A stretch of DNA of 64,000 nt, taken from contig CAWBKB010000005.1 in NCBI GenBank assembly GCA_963789265.1, positions 352,001 through 416,000 of the forward strand, given 5' to 3'. The DNA comes from an uncultured delta proteobacterium. Lineage in GTDB: Bacteria > Desulfobacterota > Desulfomonilia > Desulfomonilales > Desulfomonilaceae. This document shows, piece after piece, positions 20,731 through 30,092 of this stretch (position 1 is the stretch's first letter; every line of letters begins with the position of its first letter). Under the pieces are notes generated by a model that was given only the letters and a program-made list of their open reading frames with translations, was not told the origin of the DNA and did not search any database. The position numbers and the translations under genes are program-made.

Positions 20731-20798
20731 CCTGCTCTGATTGGGAGCAAAATCCCCAGTCTTCAGTTGAAAACTGGGGGATTGACCCAATTAATTTA

Positions 20799-21809
20799 TT
20801 ACTGAATAGCAATAGTATCCGACGGTGAACCAGTAGCACCCTCTAAAGGAACTGGCACAAAAATCAACAAGAACTCATAAACATGGTCTTTTGCAAGTTC
20901 CTGCAAATCCAAATTCTGTAGCTGCCCGATTCCATTGACACATTCCATATAACTATGTGCCGGAAAAGGATAATCAGGATCTTCTCCTGGGACAGCATCT
21001 ATCGCCGGCCATGTATCTGCTCCTACAAGACCAACATTCTTTTTAGCAAGATACTTGAGAGCTTCAATTCCTACACCAGGACATCCCTCATTGAAAGTTT
21101 TTGCATCATCCCAATGTTCAATCCACCCGGTGTTAAACAGAACCGCATCCCCTTCTCCAATGGGAGCAATCTTCGCTTTTTTAATACACTGTTCGATATC
21201 CTTAACAGTAATGATCTCACCTTTTTTCATCGACTTAACGCCTTTTAGTCCTGCTGCATCTATTAAAACTCCTCTAGTTATGCAGGGCCCTTGTTTTTCC
21301 ACACCCAGGTGTTTCAGACCGTGCGCATTCTCTGCAGAATTTTCAGCCAGTGGATGCCCATTGTACCACCTGAAAACACCCTTACTATCCCTCAAGCCAA
21401 TATGGCCGAGACCATCATATTGGGTTCCCACTTGTCCAATTTCTCCAACCACAAATTCATCATTCCATACAATTCCCTGTTTTCCATACGGACCTCCCGT
21501 GGGTATCCCGGGGATTACAAGGCTATAGACGCGCCCCCAAGGAAGCGGCATTTTACGATTATAAAATTTCGAAAGCCTATATATTTTCCCTGTCTTTACC
21601 ACTTTAAGAGCAGCCTTGACTCTTTCCGGAGTTATTAGGTTAAAAGAACCTTTCTCATCACCAGCGCCCCATTTAGAAGGCCACCATTTTTCTGGTATTA
21701 AACCTTCTCCCGGTCCGGCATGGCAAATTTTGATATTTTGTATCCCAATAAGATATAGTGCTGCTAAAGCAACTACAAGAATAGTTATCCCTCTCTTTTT
21801 GCTCTTCAT
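20799..21809 (-). CDS. Cyclase-family (kynurenine formamidase-like) metal hydrolase with signal peptide
   Basis: GTQYDGLGH, TRGVLID, LFNTGW, VGADTW, LEGATGSP. Confidence 0.88.
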   Translation of the reverse strand: MKSKKRGITILVVALAALYLIGIQNIKICHAGPGEGLIPEKWWPSKWGAGDEKGSFNLITPERVKAALKVVKTGKIYRLSKFYNRKMPLPWGRVYSLVIPGIPTGGPYGKQGIVWNDEFVVGEIGQVGTQYDGLGHIGLRDSKGVFRWYNGHPLAENSAENAHGLKHLGVEKQGPCITRGVLIDAAGLKGVKSMKKGEIITVKDIEQCIKKAKIAPIGEGDAVLFNTGWIEHWDDAKTFNEGCPGVGIEALKYLAKKNVGLVGADTWPAIDAVPGEDPDYPFPAHSYMECVNGIGQLQNLDLQELAKDHVYEFLLIFVPVPLEGATGSPSDTIAIQ

Positions 21810-21903
21810 GATGACACCCCCCTAAAATTCTTGTTAATGTTTATGTTACATGGTTTCCGTACCTACGCCCTGAAGATTCGCTCAATACTTTAAGGGAAAG
21901 TAG

Positions 21904-23078
21904 TTATACCGGGAGTTTCTGCCCTAAATGGCTTTCCCAACTGTTATTTTCACCTCCCTTCTGTCTGGCTGATGCTGGAATCGGTTTGGCGGCAAACTGC
22001 ACTTCCTCGATGGAAGGTACCAACCACCTCGATACCCTTCATGCTTCCAAGGCCTTTCTCGTGGGCCTTTCTAATATGACCGATTGCGGCAGCGTCAAAT
22101 CCCATAATAGTACTACCCACCGCATCAACAGCAACATAATCCAGACCTGCTACGATGGTATTCAGTGGTTTTGCATCTACCATGAGAGGCCCCAAGCCCT
22201 CACCGGCATAAATCCCGGTCACAATCCCGAAATGGGATTTGATCCGTTCCTTGACAATCGATGTCAGGTCAACGATCACATCCGCGATATTGGAATGGGG
22301 CAGTCCGGACTTATAGCTCCCGTAAACTTTATTCGCCGGAAAGCCGATAAAGTTCTTCATGGTCATGGTGGTTCCGCCCCACATGTGGGTTTTCATAGGG
22401 GCAACGCTGACCATTACATTGGCCTTATCAACAAGATCGAATATCGCATATTGAGGAAGGGCCAATCCCGTGGGGGGCTTCATCATCTTATAAGGGGTGC
22501 CGTCTAGATAGAGAATCTTTACGGCTGGATCCTTCAGTGCGGCAACTCCTTTTTCATAACCGGTCTCCTGGAAAAAACTGTGGCAGTTACTGGCGTTGCT
22601 CTCAGCAATGATGACTGTCTTGGCGCCCTGTTGCCTGGCTATTTTTGCTGTGGCGATAACCACCCGGGGGTCGCTGATTGTTGCCAAGGCGCGCGGGGTA
22701 GAATAATTACTCACGAGAAAGAAACCAAGATGCGGTGTCTGTACCTACGTTGGGTTTGATGAGAACAGTGTCCCCCGCCTTCACAGGGAGCCCGCCGGCA
22801 AGTTCACAGGCCTTTCTCACCATTCTTTCGATCTCGGCCATACTTTCAGGTGTCCAACTGACCTCCATCAATCCCAATCTTTGCTTCGATTTTGCCGTGT
22901 TATCTCCCCAGACAGTCATGTCAAAGTTACAGGCTGACCCCACATCCATGTCGCTTTTTACAATAGCGACAGCCGTTTTTGTCCTAGCCTTGAGTATTCC
23001 TGGCACACCACTCAAAGCTGCGGCCCCTGCGATTGCCGCCGAGGTCTTAATAAAATCTCTTCTTTTCATGTCTTCCAT
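21904..23078 (-). CDS. Tat-exported DUF362-family protein, two frameshifts (~22725, ~22015)
   Basis: KRRDFIK Tat motif; GDTVLIKPN, SDPRVV, MKTH..TMTMKNFIG, GEGLGP, DYVAVDAV. Confidence 0.8.
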
Positions 23079-23262
23079 GACGCTCCCCCTTCGTGGTTTG
23101 CTGATGTACATCGAGACAAATAAGCCGCCGATCCATCATCCGCTATGTTCATTTCCAAGACAAATAAAAGGCCTGCTCACCTCCTTTCTGTATAATGATT
23201 AATAATGTGCCACCATATTTGTGGTTTTAATGCCTGAAACCATCAGCAGCCATGAAAGATTT

Positions 23263-24772
23263 TCAAGTCGTAATTCCATCCCGCCAGATACCCATTTCGA
23301 AGAACTTGTTCACTTCCGTATTGGTTCGTACTTCACCGTTAGCGACCTTCAGTATCAGGTCCAGCAAATCTTCCGTCAGCGTTTCCATACCCGTTCCGCT
23401 AAGCAGCACACCCGCGTCGAAATCGTTCCATTTCTTTTTACGTTTATAAATGTCGCTGTTGGTGGTCACTCGAAGCACCGGTGCCGCAAACCCGCCCGGT
23501 GTACCGCGCCCCGTTGTAAAGAGAATCAGCGTGCAGCCCGCGGCGACCTGACCGGTAATGCTCACCAGGTCATGCCCCGGCGCTTCAAAAAGATTCAGGC
23601 CAGGAACTGCTAACCTCCTGCCGAAGCGAACGACACCGGCCACCTTGGATTTACCCCCTTTTTCCGTACATCCCAGGGACTTTTCTTCCAGCGTGGAAAG
23701 CCCGCCCGCGTAATTTCCTGTGGTAGGATTTTTGCTGACATCGATGCCATATTTTTTATAATAGGCTTTGAAGTCAGTGATCAGCTTGACAATATCGTTA
23801 AATACTTTTTCATCGACCGCCCGATCCATTAGAATCTGCTCGGCGCCGAACATCTCCGGTACTTCCGTCATCACCGATGAACCACCCTGGGCGGTCAAGA
23901 TGTCGGTAATCTGTCCCACCAGCGGATTCGCGGTCAGACCGGAAAAACCGTCCGATCCTGCACAGTTGGTGCCGATAATTAGTTTAGATATCGGAACAGA
24001 TTCTCTTTGATAGGTAAGGGCGCGGACGTGCAGTTCCCGCAATAGCTTCAGCGATGTTTCGAATTCGTCTTCGACGTCCTGGCAAACGATAAACTTGACG
24101 CGTGTCGGGTCAAAATCTCCCAGGCTGGGTTTGAAGGATTCCACGTCATTAATCTCGCATCCTAGACCGACAAAAAGAAACGCCTCCCGCATTGGGGTTT
24201 TTAGACAATCCGGAAAGGATTGATCGGGTATACGATAAATTAAGACCGTCCTCGGCACATCCGCATTCATGGGTAAACGGGATGAAACCGTCGAAATTAG
24301 CAGATGCTGGCATCTCCGTATTTGCCGTGGCGGCCAGTTTTTCTATGGTGCCGTTGACACAAAATACAGTGGGAATAATGTAGACATAGTTTCGGATTCC
24401 CACGCCACCGTCATCGCGCTTGTAGCCATTAAATGTTAATTCCCTCAAAATTAATGGATTTGTAGCGGGAGAGCGTTCCGGATGGTATTGATAGGATACG
24501 GACTCTGTGATGGCGGATTTTATATTATGAATGTGGACCCATTCTCCTTCTCTGATATCCTGGATCGCATAACCGATAGGATAACCGTACTTGTAAACGA
24601 TCTCGCCCTTTTTGATTTCCTTTAAGGCAATCTTGTGGGGAACGGAGATATCGTTCATCACGGTGATGCTTCTTCCTTTAATATTTATGGTCTGTCCTTT
24701 AGCAAGCTGTCTGACAGCCACTGCAACGGGGTCTTTTTCATCAATGACAATCACGTCTTTGGTTAACTGCAT
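23263..24772 (-). CDS. uxaA: UxaA-family (altronate/galactarate-type) dehydratase with SAF domain, frameshift at ~24180
   Basis: HKIAL..KYGYPIG..GEWVHIHN, GIRNY, GLGCE, CAGSDGFSGLTANP, LEEKSLG, FTTGRGTP; one extra T breaks the frame. Confidence 0.85.
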
Positions 24773-24857
24773 GTTAAGCACCTTTATTTCCACTCGGAAA
24801 ATGGATTATTTGTCACATCTCGACCAAGGATCAACAAGGCGTCACTTGGCCGCCTTT

Positions 24858-25736
24858 TTAGGGTCGGCATCTATTCAGCAAGCGCTGCCAGTCATCATCT
24901 ACCTGCCTTTGAAAGTGCTGATAGTCGCTGGCTAACATTTTGTTGAACCGGCCTTGATGTTTTAGATAAGTATCCACACTTACCTTGTCAGGCATGGGGC
25001 TTAACTGCCAGACGTCCCCGTCCGATACCTCATAAAGCGGAAATACGCGGCTTTTAACGGCCTCCCTGACAACCTCAACAGTCAACTCAGGGGCATGCCG
25101 CCAGCCGGTTGGGCAAGAAGCAAACAAATGAATGAAGCGCGAGCCTTTGATTCCTTTGGCTTTTTTGAGCTTGCCTTTTAGGTCCTCCGGTGCGCCGATG
25201 CTGGCGGTCGCCGCGTAGGGAATGCGGTGCGCCGCCATGATTTCTACTATGTTTTTCTTCTTCTGGGCCTTCAGGGCCGTAGCAGGTGTGGTGGTGGTCC
25301 ACGCGCCGGCCGGTGTAGCTGAGGAGCGTTGGATACCTGTATTCATGTAGGCTTCATTGTCGTAGCAGATGAAAAGGATATCATCGTTTCGCTCCACTGC
25401 GCCGGAAAGTGCCTGTAAGCCTATGTCAAAGGTGCCGCCATCACCCGCCCAGGCCAGTACGGTTGTATGGTCATTACCCAGAATACTCAGACCGGCCTTG
25501 ATACCGGCGGCGATGGCCGCGGTGGATCCAAAAGCGACCGACATGACCGGCACGGTCAGGCAGGTGTAAGGGTAAATACCAATCAGGGTGGACCAGCATC
25601 CGGCCGGCATCACTACAATCGTATCCTCACCCAGGGCCGAAAGCGTCTGCCGCATGGCTAAGGTTGCACCGCAGCCGGGGCATGCGTAGTGACCGGGAGT
25701 GAACAGATCTCTTTTTTGCCGGACGAGTTCATTCAT
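24858..25736 (-). CDS. 2-oxoacid:ferredoxin oxidoreductase beta subunit
   Basis: ACPGCG, AGDGGTFDIG, YDNEAYMNTGIQRS, CPTGW. Confidence 0.92.
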   Translation of the reverse strand: MNELVRQKRDLFTPGHYACPGCGATLAMRQTLSALGEDTIVVMPAGCWSTLIGIYPYTCLTVPVMSVAFGSTAAIAAGIKAGLSILGNDHTTVLAWAGDGGTFDIGLQALSGAVERNDDILFICYDNEAYMNTGIQRSSATPAGAWTTTTPATALKAQKKKNIVEIMAAHRIPYAATASIGAPEDLKGKLKKAKGIKGSRFIHLFASCPTGWRHAPELTVEVVREAVKSRVFPLYEVSDGDVWQLSPMPDKVSVDTYLKHQGRFNKMLASDYQHFQRQVDDDWQRLLNRCRP

Positions 25737-26896
25737 GGCAGCACCTCCGCCCAGTAGGTCTTCCCGGCACGGACTGCGTTTCCGTCTCCGGAAATCGCCT
25801 GCCGCACCAGAGGAGCAATGGTTTCCACGGAGACATCATTTCCTCCAACGCCGGCAATAAAGCCGGTCAATTTCCTGTCCCCATGGCGGTCAAACAGGCC
25901 CGCCTTGACCTCCTGGGCCACGATGCCCTCAGCGCCGAAAGAGACATCACGATCAATGGTAATTAGATGTTTGACGTTTGCAATCGCTCTTTTAAATCCT
26001 TCAAGCGGGAACGGTCGAATCATCGAAAGCCGAATGCAGCCGGCCATCAAGCCTTCCTCCCGTAAACGGTCCACTGCCAGCCGCATGGTGCCGGAGCCCG
26101 TACCGATACCAATGATGCACAGTTCGGCATCTTGGGTTTGATAGGCTTCCACGGCTGGGTGAGAGCGGTTAAAATGGCGAAAAAATTCTGCCGCCTTCTG
26201 GTCCCAAAGCTTTTCCAGCGCAAGAGTGTCACGATGCCGTTTGTATTTGATGGAAGTAAACAAGTCTGTTCCGCATACGTTGCCAAATGTTTTTGGGTCA
26301 TCCACATTCAGCTTACTCGACGGCTGATAAGGAGGAAGAAAAGCGTCCACCTTCTCCTGATCCGGCACATCCAGTACCTCGGAGGTGTGGGTCAAATAGA
26401 ACCCGTCCATATTGACCATAATCGGCAAGAGGGCCTTCTCGGCGACGCGATAGGCAATTAAAATGGCGTCAAGCACATCCTGGGCATCGGCGCAATAATA
26501 TTGGATCCACCCAGTGTCGCGCTGGGATAGCGAATCGGTGTGGTCACAGTACAGATTCCAGGGGGGGCCCAGCGCACGGTTGCAATTGACCATCACGACC
26601 GGGACCCGCGCCCCGGAAGCATAATGGAGCATTTCATGCATGTAGGCCAGGCCATGCGAAGAACTCGCCGTAAAGGCCCTGGCACCGGTCATGGAAGCCC
26701 CGATGCAACTGGCCAAGGCCGAGTGCTCCGACTCGACCGGCATGTAATTGGCCTTCAGTTCGCCACTGCCGATCATATCCGCCAAGTTCTCAACAATCAC
26801 GGTCTGAGGGGTGATCGGATAAGCCGATATCACTTGAACCCGTGCCAGCTTTGCGGCCAGGGCAGCGGCTTCTGTCCCCATCAAAACTTTTTTCAC
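25733..26896 (-). CDS. 2-oxoacid:ferredoxin oxidoreductase alpha subunit
   Basis: AYPITPQT, VESEHSA, NRALGPPW, DGFYLTH. Confidence 0.92.
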   Translation of the reverse strand: MKKVLMGTEAAALAAKLARVQVISAYPITPQTVIVENLADMIGSGELKANYMPVESEHSALASCIGASMTGARAFTASSSHGLAYMHEMLHYASGARVPVVMVNCNRALGPPWNLYCDHTDSLSQRDTGWIQYYCADAQDVLDAILIAYRVAEKALLPIMVNMDGFYLTHTSEVLDVPDQEKVDAFLPPYQPSSKLNVDDPKTFGNVCGTDLFTSIKYKRHRDTLALEKLWDQKAAEFFRHFNRSHPAVEAYQTQDAELCIIGIGTGSGTMRLAVDRLREEGLMAGCIRLSMIRPFPLEGFKRAIANVKHLITIDRDVSFGAEGIVAQEVKAGLFDRHGDRKLTGFIAGVGGNDVSVETIAPLVRQAISGDGNAVRAGKTYWAEVLP

Positions 26897-28107
26897 GAGC
26901 TTCTTTCCTCCATCGTAATAACCCCCCGAGGGCATTCATAGGCGCAGATGCCGCAGCCCTTGCAGTGATCCAGGTCAACCACTACGGAGGTTTCGTGCTC
27001 ATCCGGCCGGATGCTGGCGTCGGGACAAAACGAGACACACTCCAAGCACAGGTTGCAGGTTCCGCAGGACAGGCAGCGCTGCGCTTCCTGCAGAACCCGT
27101 TCTCGGTCCCATACCTCCTCTCGCTTGGTTTTTGCCTCTGGGGCCACGTCAGATACCAGCAAGCGCTCAATCTTTACGTCTCGCACTTTCACCGGCTGCC
27201 GGGGTGGATCGGGATTCGGTTGTGCGAGGCCTTGTTGCCCAGAAGGCATGACAAGACAACCGAATGCCTTCTGGGCCGTTAGACGACCCATGGCAATGTA
27301 ATGGGCAATCATTCGCGGTTTGAAGGGGGTCAGGTTTTTCGGCAAAATTGGAGCGATGATGTCGCCGCTTACACTTGAGTCATCAAAAGGATCAAAAGCA
27401 ACCGCTCTGGCAGGAATGGTAAACTTTTCTGAAATGCAGGTCGGATCCAAAATCGCCAGGTCAGCCTTTGACAGCTGCTCGCCAGGTGCATCGAAATCGA
27501 TTACAGCACCGGGTTCAAGTTTTATGTCGGCCAGAAGGATCAGGCGCTTGATCTCGTCGTCCAGAACCTGCGGCTCGATTTTTTCCGGTGAAAGATCAAG
27601 AAGCGCTCCCCCCACCCGATCGCCCGGATCCATGATAACGACCTGACATCCCCCCAAACTCAAAAAAAATGCACAGGACAGGCCAAGCGGACCGGAACCG
27701 ATGACCATCACCCGTCGATCTGTTGTTTTACTTCTCTCAATCTTTACCTTTGTGCCGATGTCCGCCAGAAACTGCTCGATCTTCTGAATCGATAGTGCTT
27801 GATCGATTTTTTTCCGAACGCATTTTGTCTCACAAGGGTGATAGCAGAGACGCCCGGTCAGGCCTGGCAACGGGTTATGCGACAGCAGGAGAGCGAGACC
27901 TCTTTGAACGTTCCCATTTCTTAGGACACTCAGATAGCTGGAGATCGGAATACCGGCTGGGCAGTTATGGCTGCAGGGCGCCAGTTTGTTCCTGACTAGC
28001 GGTGTTAGATAACGCCAGTCACCGGTGTCGTTCCAAGCCATGGTCCCAATGGTGGACGGCATTGTCGGAAGTTCCGACAGACTTTGAATTATTTTCTCAG
28101 GCTGCAT
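26893..28107 (-). CDS. GltD/DsrL-like FeS flavoprotein fused to a delta-type ferredoxin
   Basis: TGDWRY..PCSHNCPAG, GRLCYHPCETKC, IGSGPLG, RCLSCGTCNLCLECVSFCP, CKGCGICAYECP. Confidence 0.8.
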   Translation of the reverse strand: MQPEKIIQSLSELPTMPSTIGTMAWNDTGDWRYLTPLVRNKLAPCSHNCPAGIPISSYLSVLRNGNVQRGLALLLSHNPLPGLTGRLCYHPCETKCVRKKIDQALSIQKIEQFLADIGTKVKIERSKTTDRRVMVIGSGPLGLSCAFFLSLGGCQVVIMDPGDRVGGALLDLSPEKIEPQVLDDEIKRLILLADIKLEPGAVIDFDAPGEQLSKADLAILDPTCISEKFTIPARAVAFDPFDDSSVSGDIIAPILPKNLTPFKPRMIAHYIAMGRLTAQKAFGCLVMPSGQQGLAQPNPDPPRQPVKVRDVKIERLLVSDVAPEAKTKREEVWDRERVLQEAQRCLSCGTCNLCLECVSFCPDASIRPDEHETSVVVDLDHCKGCGICAYECPRGVITMEERSS

Positions 28108-28684
28108 CAACATCTTCCGATATACCGAATACTTCATGATATGCCGCTGCGGCAGCAGCCATGTTCTGTTTAGGATTAACTGGTACGCCTGTTTCTATGG
28201 CTTCCAGCAGGTTTGAAAGCGTAAGGTCACCTGTGATCCGCGCATAAGCACCGAGGATGACGGTGTTTATGATCGGGGCCATCTTTGAGCCCAAGCCGTA
28301 TTGAAGCGCTATTTTGGCGGCATCCACACCAGCCACTCGAAAGGAACCTTCTGTGGTGATCTGGTTTTCATGTTCCCTGCAACTGAGCAGGATCAGCGCC
28401 CCCGGTTCAGCGCCTTGAGCAATGTCCACTTTACGCAGAAGAGAAGAATCGAGAACGATTATCGACGACGGGTGTTTGATCTCTCCCCGTTCAACAATAG
28501 GTGCGTTGTCCAGCCTCACAAACGCGGAAACAGTCGCGCCCTTTCGCTCCATACCGAAAGAGGGAAAAGCCTGAACGTAGAGCCCCTGTTTGAAATAGGC
28601 ATTCGCTAGAATCCTTGAAGCGACAACAGCGCCCTGCCCACCTCTTCCATAGAACCGAATACCAACCATCACAAGATCCTTCAC
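28097..28684 (-). CDS. 2-oxoacid:ferredoxin oxidoreductase gamma subunit
   Basis: IRFYGRGGQGAV, FPSFGMERKGA, INTVILGA. Confidence 0.92.
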   Translation of the reverse strand: MKDLVMVGIRFYGRGGQGAVVASRILANAYFKQGLYVQAFPSFGMERKGATVSAFVRLDNAPIVERGEIKHPSSIIVLDSSLLRKVDIAQGAEPGALILLSCREHENQITTEGSFRVAGVDAAKIALQYGLGSKMAPIINTVILGAYARITGDLTLSNLLEAIETGVPVNPKQNMAAAAAAYHEVFGISEDVDAA

Positions 28685-29508
28685 TTCGTAGACATAAGTC
28701 GTTCCGGCTCAAGCTGGCAAAGAGATTCCGAAATTTGTCCAGCTGTTCTTGAGACCATCTTCATGAAATCAACACTCTTGTCTTCGGTTACCCGATTCTT
28801 TGGCGCTGATATGCTGATCGCCGCAACACATTCACCTTTGGCATTGACTATAGGCGCAGCAACGCAATAAACGCCGGTAATAGTTTCCTCATCATCTATG
28901 GCCACTTTTCTGATCCTGATTTGTTCGATTTCTTGAGTGAGAGCGTCAACTGAGTCCAGCGAACGTTCAGTAGATTTTTTGAGAGCGTTTTTTCGTGCGT
29001 AGATTCGTCTAATGTCATCGTCTGTATGGTATGACAACATTACCTTTCCTGTTGCGGCACAGTGAGCGGGAAATCGTGCGCCAAGCGGCGCTGAGATCCG
29101 CAACATCTCTTCGGACTCCAACCTGAATATGTAATGGATTTCGTTGTATTCGAGTACAGCCGCATTAACCGTCTCTCCGCAAATGGCACTCAGATCTCGA
29201 AGAAAGGGCACCATAACCGAGCGAAGGAATCTATCTCTCCTGGCCAGTGTTCCGATTTCCAGCGTCCGTAGTCCAAGACTGTACAATTTGGTGTCATTAT
29301 GCTGTTGCACATATCTTCGGACTTTCAGGGTGTTGAGGATTCGGTGAACCGTTCCCTTCCCAAGTGCAAGCTTATGGCTGATCTCTGTGACCGAGATAGC
29401 CCGGTCTTGGTCGATCAATAGATCCAGAACTGACAACGCCTTTTCCAATGATGTAACTCCGTAGTTGACCTTGGGACTTGATTGATACTTCGAGTTTTCG
29501 TCCGCCAC
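28681..29508 (-). CDS. IclR-family regulator
   Basis: SLEKALSVL..KGTVHRIL HTH; HCAATGK; GVYCVAAPI. Confidence 0.92.
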   Translation of the reverse strand: MADENSKYQSSPKVNYGVTSLEKALSVLDLLIDQDRAISVTEISHKLALGKGTVHRILNTLKVRRYVQQHNDTKLYSLGLRTLEIGTLARRDRFLRSVMVPFLRDLSAICGETVNAAVLEYNEIHYIFRLESEEMLRISAPLGARFPAHCAATGKVMLSYHTDDDIRRIYARKNALKKSTERSLDSVDALTQEIEQIRIRKVAIDDEETITGVYCVAAPIVNAKGECVAAISISAPKNRVTEDKSVDFMKMVSRTAGQISESLCQLEPERLMSTK

Positions 29509-29536
29509 GCTGATGTCTGAGCCTCCCTTACTGATT

Positions 29537-29631
29537 GTTTCGTATCTTACAACACAAGGCTACGATATAGAACCGTGACGGTCAAGCAAAAATGTTTCAT
29601 ACTCGACAAATAAGTTCTCGTATACGGAACA
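29537..29631 (-). promoter_or_regulatory. Promoter with three IclR-like operator repeats
   Basis: Minus strand TTGACC-17-TAGCCT; TGTTTCGTATCTTACAACA, TGTTTCATACTCGACAA, GTTCTCGTATACGGAAC. Confidence 0.55.
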
Positions 29632-29835
29632 CGTCCTGCTTTTCGGGCATACTCCCGCTCGGAATAACCGGTATCCGTCGAATTCTCTCAGGCAGCGATA
29701 AGAGTGAGGCTTAGGCCACCAGAGTTACAACGTGAATGAGTGTCTGATGAATTGTTTGGCGGTGAAAAAAAGAAGATCAGCACTGAATAGACGCTAACAC
29801 CGTCTGATTCAAGGATAGAAAAGGCAAGGGGTGAA

Positions 29836-29860
29836 GGGGTCAAGTCTCCTCTTGACTCAT
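29836..29860. repeat. REP-like unit, inverted copy of 17336-17360
   Basis: GGGGTCAAGTCTCCTCTTGACTCAT, 23/25 identical to the reverse complement of 17336-17360. Confidence 0.65.
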
Positions 29861-29962
29861 GTTGGACATTCGGCAGATGGGTACGTCGGGTCCTTTAGGC
29901 ACCAAGCTAGCAGGCGCAACGAACGAGTCCATGGGCGGATGACAAAATTCCCATTTCAATAA

Positions 29963-29993
29963 AAGAAAGGCCATCCAGTGAACGGCCTTTCTT
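29963..29993 (-). terminator. tRNA terminator
   Basis: AAGAAAGGCC-N11-GGCCTTTCTT just downstream of the tRNA. Confidence 0.7.
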
Positions 29994-30004
29994 CCTGTTG
30001 TTCT

Positions 30005-30079
30005 TGGTAGGCGGGAGAGGATTTGAACCTCCGACCCCTGCCGTGTGAAGGCAGTGCTCTCCCCCTGAGCTACCCGCCC
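30005..30079 (-). tRNA. tRNA-Val (anticodon CAC)
   Basis: GGGCGGGTAGCTCAG..CTGCC-TTCACAC-GGCAG..GGTTCAAATCC..CCCGCCTACCA cloverleaf with encoded CCA. Confidence 0.97.
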
Positions 30080-30092
30080 AGTAGTTTCAAAA

